The notes under the pieces are model-generated. The model was not told the DNA's origin. It was given only the letters and a program-made list of their open reading frames with translations, and made no database searches. Below are positions 40,677 through 56,676 of a stretch of 64,000 bases of DNA, one piece after another; the stretch's first letter is position 1; every line of letters starts with the position of its first letter. The DNA comes from Chrysomallon squamiferum. Taxonomy: Eukaryota > Animalia > Mollusca. The stretch is taken from positions 4,650,001 to 4,714,000 of the forward strand of contig CM022677.1 in assembly GCA_012295275.1 (NCBI GenBank), in the 5' to 3' direction. The position numbers and the translations under genes were made by a program.

Positions 40677-41691
40677 TTAACATTTCATGTTAACCTGTTT
40701 TTGATCTCAGATTCTTTCACTCAACTCACGGTTCAGATCTCTGGTCTACAATAGATTAACTGATCTTAATTCATTAGAAAATAATAAAGAAAAGATCCCG
40801 CTATAGATAAAATGACGGAACATGTAAAAATATGATACGCGTTTTCTTAATTATTTTTCTGATATAACCGTGATACCTCGCCGTTCCGTTAGCTGTAACC
40901 AGAATTACAAACAGCTACAACATTTACAGTAATTACAACATGGAAAGGGGTAAGACTGTTTTCATTCTGTATCTACTGAATTAAAAAATATAAGTAATTA
41001 TATTAAATTAAATTTGGAACTGAGTAACGGAGTTAATTTTATTACAACATTGCTTCAGGTAAGAAATATTTTTAAACTGAAAAGCTATTTTCCGATATTA
41101 AAATTTTTGAAATTATATTTTATGTATCATACATATTTGTAAATGACAGATACAGCGTCCGAATCTTTATTTTATATATCTATAAATGACAGTTATTGTA
41201 TTACTCATATATTCATAAAGAACGAATGATTGATAATGATTACGTCAGTTTAACATCTTGAAATAATCTCGTAAACTTAAATAAAATAGGTGGAAATACT
41301 CGCATTTTATTTCTTGTTGATGATGGTTATGATTCTTTATTAGCTAAAATGAAATGAGAATTAAGAAAAACAAAAGTAAGATAATATCTATATTATGTGG
41401 TCAGAATAACGATTTATTTTTTTTTTCGGAATATTTCATTTTGGGGATGATAAAAATATATTTCATATATGAAAGTGATTTTCAATACACATATTTTGCA
41501 AATGTTCTCGTTTTTTTTTTTCACACGCATTTTCAAAAGGTGCAGCTTCTTTTGCAAATGTTGGAAACGTCTTTGCCACACTGGACCCGACGGCACGCAC
41601 CTTTTGGACACGTTGAAATATTTGTCCCGACCCCCGGGCATAGTGCCACACGGGTTTTCACCTTTTGTAAACGTTGGAAACGTTTATTACG

Positions 41692-41788
41692 AGATCGCAT
41701 AGACAGTGTGGGTAGATCACATAGACAGTGTGGGTAGATCGCATAGACAGTGTGGGTAGATCGCATAGACAGTGTGGGTAGATCGCAT
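41692..41788. repeat. 22 bp tandem repeat (~4 units) in the spacer
   Basis: Unit GATCGCATAGACAGTGTGGGTA. Confidence 0.92.
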
Positions 41789-42412
41789 GACACTAAAAAA
41801 AAACGTATCATCCATTCTGCAAGTGCAAGTGCACTTTATCAGAGTAAGGTGAAGGTCAAAAATGTACAGACTTGTATTGTGCCATACAGGTTCACGCTGT
41901 TATGCAATTACAACAACATATCTTGTAAATATAAGTATACTTAGTATAAATAAATAAAATAAATAGATAAATGTTTTGCGTTTTTACTGTTGGTAGATCA
42001 TTTCGACTTGGTCATTTAAAAAGTAGGGGCACCCCTGTTATAATTCATTGAAATAATAATAATTAATCAGTTAGAAAATCAGCATGACGTCACGGCCACA
42101 GCATCCCGAAGTATAGCGAAGTTCCGGCGAGACTATTAGTGAAAGGGCGCGCACCGGGGACACTTTAACAACTATAGTAATTCAAAATTGTGTATGTAAG
42201 CTTGATTTACACCATGAAAATTGTATTTGCCTTAGTGTTGTCTTTCACTTCGCTATAGATTACCTCTGGACTGATGAATATAGCGGACGAACAAGGTAGG
42301 TTGAATTCTGTTTTCCAAAATGACATGGAGTTCACAAATGCGCGTTTTCACCTGGCAAATGTAGCGTTGTGTGATATCTAACCGGGGCCTTAGTTTTAGT
42401 TTTAGTTTTATT

Positions 42413-42612
42413 NNNNNNNNNNNNNNNNNNNNNNNNNNNNNNNNNNNNNNNNNNNNNNNNNNNNNNNNNNNNNNNNNNNNNNNNNNNNNNNNNNNNNNNN
42501 NNNNNNNNNNNNNNNNNNNNNNNNNNNNNNNNNNNNNNNNNNNNNNNNNNNNNNNNNNNNNNNNNNNNNNNNNNNNNNNNNNNNNNNNNNNNNNNNNNNN
42601 NNNNNNNNNNNN
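42413..42612. other. Assembly gap (exactly 200 N)
   Basis: Round-number N run typical of a scaffolding join of unknown true size. Confidence 0.99.
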
Positions 42613-43473
42613 GTATAATAATCGTTCAGTTACTATATTGCTATCGATCATTGTAAGAAATGAAATGCAGTATTTCCTCCTATTTTTATTTAAGTTTACG
42701 AGATTATTTCAAGATGTTAAACTGACGTAATCATTATCAATCATTCGTTCTTTATGAATATATGAGTAATACAATAACTGTCATTTATAGATATATAAAA
42801 TAAAGATTCGGACGCTGTATCTGTCATTTACAAATATGTATGATACATAAAATATAATTTCAAAAATTTTAATATCGGAAAATAGCTTTTCAGTTTAAAA
42901 ATATTTCTTACCTGAAGCAATGTTGTAATAAAATTAACTGCGTTACTCAGTTCCAAATTAAATTTAATATAATTACTTATATTTTTTAATTCAGTAGATA
43001 CAGAATGAAAACAGTCTTACCCCTTTCCATGTTGTAATTTCTGTAAATGTTGTAGCTGTTTGTAATTCTGGTTACAGCTAACGGAACGGCGAGGTATCAC
43101 GGTTATATCAGAAAAATAATTAAGAAAACGCGCATCATATTTTTACATGTTCCGTCATTTTATCTATAGCGGGATCTTTTCTTTATTATTTTCTAATGAA
43201 TTAAGATCAGTTAATCTATTGTAGACCAGAGATCTGAACCGTGAGTTGAGTGAAAGAATCTGAGATCAAAAACAGGTTAACATGAAATGTTAAACGTACC
43301 TGAAACAATGGTGTTTATTCTTTCAAATTAGTATATCAGTGTTGTGGGGAGGTATAATCATTTACAGTATGAATGACAGCAAAATAGCACTGTTACAAAA
43401 GACTTGAAAGCCGCCATTTTAATCCTTATGTCACGTAATGATTGATGTTGTTGTTATTATTATTATTATTATT

Positions 43474-43545
<72 letters not shown>

Positions 43546-44436
43546 ATTATTATTATTATTGTTGTTGTTGTTGTTGTTTGGGTTTGTCTTTTTTTTTTTT
43601 TTTTTTAAAGACGCTAGAAGAATTTTTTTAGTAAGTCGATACAGATTACCCATCCAATTTTGATCTCAAACGTCATAAAAAAATACCAGAACGAAAGACA
43701 ATCTAAAAAGAAACCTCTGTGTCATAGTATATTACAAAAACAAATCTGATTCAGTGCAAATAAAAAAAAATTAACGAAGAGAAATTATGTTTCCCTTGCT
43801 ACCAGTGACGTTCATAAAATCCAAAAGTAATTTCCAGTGGTTTCCTTATACAGATGCCTAATTCTGTTTCCTGTCATTTATTGTTTTAAAATTATTAATT
43901 GTCTTTCCCCTTTAAAAACAAACAAACAAATAAGTAAACAACAACAAAAAAGGAGCAAAAAACAAACAAACAAAAACAATACACTAAAACAACAGAAAAC
44001 AATAGAAAAACTAAATAACACAAAAAAAACATATATATGTAATTTTTAATAAATTTTATATATACGTATAGTAATTAAATCTTACGTATAATATGTAAAC
44101 GAAATTAGATTTAGAAATTAAACATAGAGATTTCCATTTTCTTTTTTTTTAATCCACATATTAAACTGCCTTGTTATCCTGACATCTGAAAAAATTATGT
44201 AAGATGAGCCTATATTTTTTCTAACAATATTCTTTTTCACTAGGATTTTATTTAAAATTATGGGTGTGTTGTATGGAGTAAATTTATATCTATATCTATA
44301 TATAAAGAATATTATTGGAATTACTAACTGTATATTTATTTATTTAAAACATTTCTTTTCATTCTTCTTCTTATTACCATAATTATTGTTGTTCTTGTTA
44401 ATACTTTTTTATAATTATTATTTCCCTCTTTCTTTC

Positions 44437-44487
<51 letters not shown>

Positions 44488-45070
44488 GCCCTGCTTAATG
44501 TTTCTATTCTCTTTAAGATATTTTTACTAATTTTTACTTAATAAAACTGTGGTTTTGCCGTAAAGCGTTCCCTCAGACAATCTATTGTCTTTGTTTTTAG
44601 ATGTTAAGGTAACTCAAAGTAATGTTATTTTGGATCAGTTGTTTAGATATAGTTCAGCATTTATTGAGCATACTTTTTCTCTCTCAGAACTGTATTTAAT
44701 CACTGACAAGACATGCTCTTATGATTATTTCGTCTATGTGGATGTGTTAAACGATGTCAGTTATATAAAATATGTTCAGGATAAGACGTATCTGCCGAGT
44801 GATCCCACCCCTAACACATTTGTAAATTGTTCAGACCACTAGTACTAGGGAGAGATATGCACAAATATCTCGGAATTTGTTAGAGACAATTCCCTTATGT
44901 TATGATTAGATTACTTTTTTCTTTTAAATATATAGAATAAGAAGATTTATTTTTGGCTCTAACAATTTACTTTAGCATACGCTTATTCACACACATACAC
45001 AAACTCATGCATACACATATGTGCACCTCTACGCACACACACACAGTATAAACTCACACACACATACACA

Positions 45071-45135
<65 letters not shown>

Positions 45136-45730
45136 GGACAAAACTGTTGAGAACTATGTAATAATACACACACCTCGGAGCTGTCTCTGGCGTTTTTCTT
45201 TACTGCATATTAAATAACAACAAGACTACCTTTTATGATAAAACAAGGATGCAATGTAGTAAGACACTTTGTTGATATATTTATATGTTTGGCTATTCAT
45301 GATGCCTGCAAAAAAAATATTCAGTGGATTTTTAATCCTTCTTGTGAATACCACCATGAAGTTTTTTATATGATTACTTCAACAATAATGAATATGGCTC
45401 AACCATGAAGGTTTCCTCTGGGATTATTTTAAGCAATGCAAAATTATGGAAAATACAATGGAGATAACATCAGTATCTTGCAGATTTATTCTGGAAACAA
45501 TGTTCTAGAGAATATCACAACAAGAGAGACAAAAATGGTTTAATTTTCACAAACATATATATCTGATGAAATGTTCAATCTAATTTAAAGAATTACATCA
45601 AGATGAATTTATGTTGTGTCCCATGTGTTACCTCTACTACTACTAATACTACTGCTGCCACTACTACCCCACTAGAATTACTCCTACTACTATTATTACG
45701 ACTGCCAGCACAGTCACCACTACAACTAAC

Positions 45731-46694
<964 letters not shown>

Positions 46695-47564
46695 CTGGAA
46701 TAAACATTAACAATCATGTAATTTATTAATAGAAATATGTTGCAAATACTATTAGTACTTTTTTATATTAGCTTCCATACTTATTATTAATTTGATTATT
46801 ACTGTTGTTGTTGTTATTATTAACAAAAAGAATCAAAAAATTAAAAATCAAAAATATATATGTTTGCTGTACTTTTGCTGCTTCTTGTCTTTTTCCTGTT
46901 AATACCATTACCACCAGTGCTGCTGCTATTATTACTCTAACTTTTTCTATTACTATTGCTAGAACCATTAGTACAATAATTATCACTAATTACAATAGTT
47001 ATTGCTACTGCTACTGCTGCTACTAATACTGCCACTACTATTACTTATAAAATACTGGTCGTTTACTGCTACTTCTACAACTACAATTACCATGATACAC
47101 TACTTGAATAACTTACCATTATGTATCTTTAATTTAGCCGATAAATCATTAATTTCCGATTCATACGTAGATTCCATCAATATCATTTCCACAACGGAAA
47201 CATTTTGTCACATTTTGAGGATTATCTGAGTATCCACAAGCATTACATTTCCTGACTGTGGCTGAAAAAAATATATATATGTCTCAGGGGAAAAACTGTA
47301 TAACTATATATATATATTTTGAAGTACGAAAATGTTTGATATTTTGTTTCATGTCTTTACGGTGATACAATATATAATAAAATATTTTGATTTGATTATT
47401 AAAATTATTTATTAGAGGTCAACAGAAATGTAACTTGTTCATTCAGCCCAGCATTAGTACATCAGAAGCTCCCAAAGATTTGAAAGATCCTGTAAGATAA
47501 CTTGTTGATCAGTTTCACAATGCTGAAGAAGTGCTCTTCTTATTTACACAGAAAATTTGCTTTC

Positions 47565-49815
47565 TTATTCCCTGAATTTTGCCTGCCAAGTAGTTCGACC
47601 AGGCCGGGCTTTTATTAGACGGATAATTGATGCAACAAGAGGAGTCACTAAACCACATCACAACATCTGGGTTACACAAAGTATGAAGAGAGACTTTAAC
47701 CTGTGGTTAGATTTTCTAGAGCACTGCAATGGGATTACAGTCATGCCCGACATGTTCTGGACGAGCAGTAACTCCTTGGAATGTTATAGTCAAGAAGGGG
47801 TGGGAAGGGGATTCGGGGTCTTTTTCCAGGAGGACTGGGCATATGGGTCCTGGCCATAGGACTGATGCAGTTCTGGTTTGTTGAGAAATATCACGTTTCT
47901 CGATCTCTTTCCTGTCTTAGTTGCTTTAACTGTTTGGGGGAATAGGCTCAGTAACAAAAAGGAAGTGTTTCATTTTGACAGTGAGGCAGTAGTAATTGTA
48001 GTCAATAAGAAAACATCAAAGTGTCCCATGGTAATGTCATTGATGAAATTTGTTTTAATAACTTTAAACAGAAAATTCGGATAAAGGCCAGAATCATTGC
48101 AGGCAGACAGAATTTAATAGCAGACGCAATTTCTTGTTGTCAGTTGGGAAAGTTCGGAAGCTGGAGTCAGAAGCAGTGTGGAGGCAGACAGGGACTACAG
48201 AATTCAGTGGCAGGTCAGACATGCAGAACTTGCCATAATGCTGAAAAACAACTGGAAAAATTTCCATTTCGATTTGGATTTCCTCCACTATGGCTAATGC
48301 CTGTAGATCACTTAGTCCAGCTCATTGCTTTCTTGTCATTACAGCAATTAGCCCCATCTACTGTAAAAACATATATTAGTGGGATAAGTATTTGGCACAA
48401 ATCTAAGGGGGAGGGGACCATACAAGGCATTTAGTGTTATTTCAAAACTCCTTGAAGGACTATGTAGGAGACCTGCAGGACTAGACCTATCAATTTATCA
48501 ATTTTGGAGAAAATTTTGGCTGCATCTTCAAATATTTGTTCAACTCAGTTCGAGGCCAATTTATTTGAAACAGCTTTCAAACTGGCCTTTTTGCATTTTT
48601 ACGGGTGGGGGAAATAACAGCCAGAACACAGGCGGACAATTCGAACAGACCAATCGGGGTACAGGATGATACCTTCAAGTTTAGATCTGGAGAAAAACAC
48701 CTGAACCAGCTGACACTTCTCATAAGAGAATCGAAGAATGATCAAAGAGGTAATGGTTATCTACTCTATCTGGACAGTTTCGCAAGTGAAAACGTCAGTC
48801 CAGTGCGAGGTTTGCAGTCATGATGTGAGACTGGTTCAACCCAGCTTCTTACTCATTATAATGGTAAGTGATTAACTAGGTACCAGTTTAACACTGTTGT
48901 ATATTACAGTTTATAAAGTAAAAGTTCAATGTTATAAATCATATAGCTTTAGTATAGGTGCAGCAGCATTAGCTGCAGCGAGAGTTTAGCAGAGGATACA
49001 AGTAAACAGCGGGCGGGGCAGGTGACAACCGGGGGCTTACAGTAGGTAGGTATATTCGGGTGTAATTTGTTTATGTCATTTAAATAATACAATTGCTGAC
49101 TGTAGGGAAGCGTGAAGTGTAGTTTAATCTGATCTTCCATTATCCACTGGGCAGGAATTCAGGCACCGGCAACCTAGGTTTGCAGCAGGCAGGTACCGAT
49201 GTAAAATGGTATGATAACAGAGGAATGTGGTCTTCGCAGCTAGACAGTTTGATTTGAGAGAAGTTGAAACACCAGCCCCCACCTAATGCTGTCATTTTAC
49301 AGCTGGGTTCGAATGACATGGTAACGACGAAGTCCAGGGAGCTGATTCAGAGCATCACTTGCTCGGTCCTACGACTCGGAGCACTGCTCCCCTCTATGAG
49401 GATCATATGGTCAGTTATGCTACCTCGCCTTTACAGGCTAAACAGCCAAAGCAGGTAGACAAGAGTGAACAGCGAGCAGATCACGAGCAGTGGCAGGTGC
49501 CTTAAGAATTCGGGGCCCAAGGGGAGTGGTTCAGCCCACCTACGAATTAGCGAGGGAAGGTAAGGTAATGTAAATAAACTTGATCTTCGGGCCGAAGATG
49601 GGTTACCGAGTGGGCTGGTTTAATTAGGGAACCTTGGCTCTTGCCCACTCTGATTAAACTTCCAGGAAGGTATAAGCAGCCAACCATGCACACCAGGTTG
49701 GCACTGACAAGCCACAAACTCTACTGTGAGTGCAGTCAGGATGTCTCCAGTGTGTTCTGGGTTATTAGTTTTATTCAGCTGCGTCCAGTTTTTTTATCCA
49801 ACAATAAAACGGTTT
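47565..49815 (+). mobile_element. Mirror copy of the Ngaro/DIRS element, lacking ~260 bp of the SGNH 3' part
   Basis: Same ORF fragments; left-arm 34957-35216 is absent at ~49490. Confidence 0.88.
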
Positions 49816-50059
49816 GTAGGTATTCATGTAAATGTAAATAATTGTATATCATGAAAGGTCTCACTTGTACATAGTTTTGTAAATAAAGATATATGTTATC
49901 ATTTTTAGTGTTTATCATCTGGGCATTAATTAGAGATATCTGCTTGAATATTTACCAATGTGTTTATTTAATATTGCCAATAAATCGAGCGCTTCAAATT
50001 CGTATCCATGCAAGTAAATTAACTCTTGCACAGTGTAGAGAAAAAAAGTAATATATATG

Positions 50060-50091
<32 letters not shown>

Positions 50092-52729
50092 GGACGCACA
50101 CACACAAACACACATGAAATAAGTTAAAAAATTTAAAAATAATAACAAAAACGAAACAAAAACAAAATTAAATTAAATAAATAAATGATCACACTAAATT
50201 AAAAGGATACAATGTGTGTACCTAAGTGTATGTGTGCATATTTATGTGTGTGTAGAATAGAGAAGTTATAACCATTGTTTCCTATTCCATAAACGTCCGT
50301 ATTTAATGCATTTTTTTGAATAATTAGTTCACAAAAGTAATTAGGAGTAAGTGCTAGCAAGATAGACTCAGACGACTCCTAGTAGTATTTATACTGGTCT
50401 TTTACTGCTACTGCTACAACCACCACAATTACTATTATACACTGCTCAAATACTTACCAAGCGTTTCAGATTTGTCTCTTGCGCAGCCTAGGAAAAAAAT
50501 TACATATACATATATAATAAAGTAAAATGTTAAAAAATAATAACAAAAACAAAACAAAAATATAAATAAATAAATAAAACATCATACTAAATTAAAACGA
50601 TGCAATATCTGTATATGTGTGTGGGTCAGTCTGTGTATGTATGTATATACATGTTTTGCGTAGAATAGAGAAGTTATAATCATTGTTTCCTATTCCATAA
50701 AGGTCAGTATTGAATGTTTTTTACTTCATAAAAGTGATCAGAAGGGAGCAAGTGCTAGCAAGATAGGACAAGACGAGTGACTGCTATTGGGAACTTTGAT
50801 TAACACTGGGAACTGTATGGTTTTGTCACATGCCACATAAGGCAGTTGCTGTCTAGAATTTAAGCAAGGAATCTGGTCCTTGATAGTAGGACCTTAAATT
50901 ACTGTTAGTCAAGGTAAGCATGTTTGTATTTGTTAATAGTATAATTCATGATGTGCTATAGAATATCTGAGATCAATAATTAATATAGACTTATTGCTTT
51001 CATTTTAATATATCTGCTAAAGAGAACAGTTAAGAGTATTATGTATAAAAGATGGGACAATAATTATATTTTACTGCCCAGTTTCATTTGTGGACTTTCA
51101 TTCATATCGAATATGCTGGCGCACAGTTAATTCAGTGTCTTCGCATAGTTTTAAGTAACAGTAACTCAACTGTGTTAGTGTTCACATGGAAATAGATTTT
51201 AAAAATAAACATGATACACAAAGTATTTTCTCAGTAAACGCAGCTGACATAATTATTTGTTATTTCTGTTCAGGTGGCGACACTGGTTCTGTGGGGTAAG
51301 TGTTACTGACATCACTACTTACATGATTGCATATGTTTTATATTTATGTGTAATTGTTAATTTACATGTGCTAGTGTTTGTGTCTTTATGATAAGAGTTA
51401 ATCTAATCGTTAAATATAAATGTCTCAGTGATATTATATTTATGTTTTCAATATAAACCAAAATATGAAAAATTGCAGAACGTTCATATATATATATATA
51501 TATTTAAAAGGCTTATGATTCAATTATTATTATATGACACTTTCATTTATGTATAAAGGATTTTTATAGAGACTTTTATATATTGTAATTCGTTCTATTT
51601 ATCAAAAGCGGCAGAAATCATCACAGGCAGATGTATCGTATTAATATTAGCATGCTAGGTGTCCATGCGCCAGATAAACACAAAGATTTCTGAGTCGCTT
51701 ATTTAAAAAAAAAATAATAATAAATGAGTCTGTGTAAAAGAGAAAAACGAATTAATCATTCCACTGTCTAATTAAAAAAAGCTCCCAGGAAAATCAACAA
51801 GTTTTAACTCCACATCTAAGCTGCGTTATTAGTTGCTCTATTTTTGTCTGAAATGGATATCTGCCACTGAAGTCAAAAAACATTTTAGTCCCTACGAGAA
51901 TTCCCAGCCAACCATCAGGTTTGTAATCTTCCTCCATCAGAAGTGGTATGACAGCGTTCTTTCGTTCAAATGAATATTCACCTTCTATTCATTGTAAATA
52001 AATAAATAAATAAATAAAACAAAAATTTAAAAAGTCATAAGTGTATCCCTAAAACCTGTTGTTGTTGTTGTTACTCTACTACCACTATTACTATTCTAGT
52101 TCTTAAAAAATAAATAAACATTACAGTAATTACTACTGTTATTACTACCACAGCCAGTATCATTACTACTGTTACTACTGCTATTATCACTATTACTATG
52201 AGCACTACTACTACTACTACTACTGTGAGCACTACTGCTACTACTACTACTACAAGCTATCAGAGATCAGTAGCCTCTCAGTCAGAAGTGGTACAATATT
52301 TTTCTTCAGTGAAACTGCACATTCAGTTGCTCTTCATTTAAAAAAATAATGATAATGATGATGATGATGATGATGATAATAATAATATTACTACTAATAA
52401 TACTGCTACAACTATTACTAGCAAAAGTAGTATGCATACATACTGATTTTACTATTACCATCATTACGACAATTACTACTTATCTACTTCTGTTACTACT
52501 ATTAATACTAATACTACTTCTGTTACTAGTAATACTACTTCTAGTATTGCTTCTAATACTATAATCATCACTACCATAACTACAAGTAACTATGAGTATC
52601 ACTAATACCATACTACTGTTACTCCTGATGCAGCTACTACTAGTAGTACTTCTAATTTAAATGGTGATAATGCTAAAATGGTTGAAAGAAAGAAAACTTG
52701 TTTACATAGCAACAATTATAAAAACATGT

Positions 52730-55700
52730 CAGTTGTGCATTAATTTAGTTAAGAAAGACAAATTCAAGAAATAATTAACTGCCTTACAAACAACAGTTCA
52801 TGAGTAACTTTTGAACAAAAGTGGTTAACAACACACACAATGAAGACGACAGGATGAGTTAAAATTGAACAATTGTCTGTTAAAACTTTATCGGATGGCT
52901 TTGGGATTGTCTTAATATTCTGACAATACAGTCTGCAGAGACTCTACAGTCTTGTAAGTGTATGAATATCGTGACAACTTGAAAAAGTTGGCAATGAAGT
53001 TGCCTTTTCTTCCTTCATGTGCAGGGATATTGTATAGCTCTATGAAAACACAGAATTACATTCCATGACCTAAATGACTTTGTAAACACCAACAAAGCTG
53101 CCCACCCAGTTTTGGGAAACGATGCAGTGTACAAAGATAAAAAAGAACACTCCAAACATATGCAATCTTTGAAAATAAAAGATGCACTTGCTATTAGTTT
53201 ATCTAAATGTAAAGATGTTCATAAAGAACTAGGCATTGTTTGAGAAATTAATGAAACGAACAAACAAAAATAAATAAAAAAATAAATAAATAAAAAATAA
53301 AACTAGCAACAGTGATCAGATGACGTGTGTGTGATTCGTTACATGTTCTCAGTGATCAGATGACGTGTGTGTGATTCGTTACATGTTCTCAGTGATCAGA
53401 TGACGTGTGTGTGATTCGTTACATGTTCTCAGTGATCAGATGACGTGTGTGTGATTCGTTACATGTTCTCAGTGATCAGATGACGTGTGTGATTCGTTTC
53501 ATGTTCTCAGTGATGTTCTTATGTTCTCAGTGATTCAGATGACGTGTGTGATTCGCTCACACATGTTCTCAGTGATCAGATGACGTGTGTGTGATTCGTT
53601 ACATGTTCTCAGTGATCAGATGACGTGTGTGATTCGCTACATGTTCTCAGTGATCAGATGACGTGTGTGTGATTCGTTACATGTTCTCAGTGATCAGATG
53701 ACGTGTGTGTGATTCGTTACATGTTCTCAGTGATCAGATGACGTGTGTGTGATTCGTTACATGTTCTCAGTGATCAGATGACGTGTGTGTGATTCGTTGC
53801 ATGTTCTCAGTGATCAGATGACGTGTGTGTGATTCGTTACATGTTCTCAGTGATCAGATTTCGTTACATGTTCTCAGTGAAAACATGTTCTGTGATCGCC
53901 ACACATTTGCAGCACTTACAGTTGAAAACAAGTCGGGATTTTTGAAGGTTTATGTTTTAGATGTTTTAAATATGTATAAAACATGCAGAACTCATACTGA
54001 ATGTTCAATTTTCTCAAGGAAAACATCAGACACTTGTTCATGTGGACATTAAAAGAAAGGAAAATTCAAGGCCAAACATTGTTACCAGTGCATGTTTTGT
54101 TGTCTAACCAGTATATGAGGGTCAGAGACAGAGAATGTACTATGCCCATTATTCCTGTTAAAGTTGAAATGGTTTAAATGCTACATTCTTAGATCCACGT
54201 TCAAGTGTTTCTTTTCCTTATCAGATATGTAATCAGTAAAGTTGGTGCCTCTGATAAAACGGATGAAAATTACTCTGGATACAGTGGGTGAACTGTGCAC
54301 TGTGACCACATTATCTACAAATGGAAACGAGATTTTTAATCTTAACTATGAAAATGTGAGTTTTCCTAAGCTGTATTTAAAAGATAAGAGACTGTTACTG
54401 CATTCGTTTTGATCAAAGATATTTCTTGTTGATCCTATCTGTATGAAGTTGCCAGAGACAGACGGCCAGAGATAGGCTTGCTGATAGGTATTTAATGTGC
54501 CAGACACAGACTGGAGCCAAAACAGTCCACATCCTGTTAAGACACATGCTGATTGGATGTTGTGGACTGTTATCCTTGGTTCCAACTACAAAGTGAACGA
54601 AGAGCATTTACACTCTTCCATGGAAAGAATTGACATGCTTGCTGCTGATAAACTGAACAATTGAAGCGGTTGGATGTAATGGTTCGCCAATCAGTACACT
54701 TGATCTTCCAGAATGAACGAAAGATGATAGTAATAATAATTTGGGATGAAGAGATTACAGGTAATAATCTTGGGAATTGGCATCACTGGGTAAAATATCT
54801 AGCAGAGACGGAGAATTTTACACACAGACATCTTTGGTAAGGTCATTTCCTTTGAATTACACATTTTCTTATGCTAGTTGTAAGGGATATGATGTGATAG
54901 CTTCTCTACATTTAGTGACTGAATATGGTGGCATTCATTGTTCACTTGTCAAGACAAAAGAAACAATTGCATTTTTTTTTAAATTTTAAAAAGATCTATT
55001 CCTTTGATGATAAGATAATTTCCTTTGAATTACACGTTTTCTTATGATGTTATAGCTTATCTACATTTAATGATTGAATCTGGTGACATTCACTGTTCAC
55101 GGCAAAAGCAAGAGTTGCCGTTTTAAAACGAGTGACTTTTCCAGGAATGGAACTGACAGATGCTCATGTAGTTTCATTTGGGATAAAACCTGAAGCATCC
55201 TTCGTGCACAATTTTGGTTTGAGCGGCCTCTCTTTCTAAGGAAAACTACTGATTTTGTCATACAGTGAAAGAAATTTGTTACATTTATTCTAATAATCTG
55301 GAAGTGTAAATGTATCTTTGGTAAATCAGTCATCAGGAGTTATGGATAGATTTGTTAATTATTTTTCTTCATGGACGATCTCAAGAAGATAACTGGTTAG
55401 TTGATAATATTTAAAGACATCTTAAATTTTGTGCAAACAAATTTGTTACCTAAAGATTCTCATGTGTCATCATTTATACTGTCGTAACATTGTGGGTCAT
55501 GCTGAAAACCCACAATCCTGGTACATAAAAGACACACGCTTTGTACAGAATGTGAAGGAACACTAGTCAATCAACTTGTTTCCAAATGTGTATTTCACAA
55601 ATACAGAGTTAAATAAAAATAAAATAAAATAGCAAATCTTGCTACTGATCGACTGGTGCCTAATGAAACACAATTCACTCGAGTGGACGTAGATTATTTG

Positions 55701-56075
55701 AGATCTTTTATGATAAAACAAAAATGCATTGTAATAAGAGACTTTACTGTTATATGTTTAGCTATTTATGATGTTCACGTGGAGCTTGCAATATACCTGG
55801 AAAAGAATATTCAGTGATCCTCCCCGTGAATCACCCCATAGACATGTATGGAAAAGGATGCCATCAGTCAGAAAAAATTATATGGCTTGGCCATGAAGAT
55901 TTCCTCTGAGATTATTTTAAGCAAAGGATAATTATGTAAAAAGACGATAGATGTATTCTAGAAACAATGGTCTAAAGAAAATCTTTTTCATAAACATACA
56001 TCTGTGGGTGATGAAATCTCCAATCTAATTTAAAGAAGTATATAAAGATGAATTGATGTTGTGTCCCATTAGTTA
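52730..56075 (+). mobile_element. Mirror copy of the decayed BEL/Pao element
   Basis: Same motifs on the plus strand. Confidence 0.78.
53310..53890. repeat. Same 40 bp minisatellite, ~14 units in the right arm
   Basis: Unit AGTGATCAGATGACGTGTGTGTGATTCGTTACATGTTCTC. Confidence 0.95.
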
Positions 56076-56515
56076 CCTCTACTACTACTACTAACTACTA
56101 CTACTACCATTACAACCACTACAGCCATTACTGCTACTACTACTATCACACTACTGTTGTTACTGTTATCATGAGACAGATAATTTTTGAGATTAGCTAT
56201 AAATATAGACGATGTGATGTTATATCCATCACCTCAAGCACCTCGGACAAAAAGATAACAGAAGAGAAAAAGTTGAGAAAATCTGAAGAGAGAGGGACAC
56301 ATAAAACATCAGTCTAATTTAAAAGGTCACAATACTGAAATGGTTCACAGAAAGGAAACTTTTAAACAGAAAACAATGGTCTAGTTACCACTACTACCAC
56401 TAAGATTACTACTAGTAATATCACTACTACTACTACGACCACCCCACTACCATTACTACTACTACTTGCTACTACTACTGTTACTATTACCAGCACAAGC
56501 ACGACTACTACTAAC

Positions 56516-56676
56516 CAGCTTGACAGTTACGACTTTCCTTGTAGCTGCGTGACATACAGATAAGAATCGCATCAGCTTTCTCAACAGCTTCTGCCACTGC
56601 CTCAAGAGTGGATCCACCCATGTTGTCCACATCCATGCTACACACGGAAATTAGCTCTCTTCAGAGCCTCGTTTAC
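56516..56676 (-). pseudogene. Mirror of TIR exon copy 1, with an extra base creating TAG and a frameshift
   Basis: GTG TAG CAT GG here versus GTG CGC ATG G in the left arm (near 56638-56640). Confidence 0.8.

Noticed and set aside
41354-41944. Cluster of ORFs in the spacer
   Set aside because: No recognisable domain; partly made of the 22-bp tandem repeat.
42390-42412. (TTTTAG)n next to the gap as a telomere seed
   Set aside because: Only ~3 units and not TTAGGG or TTAGG.
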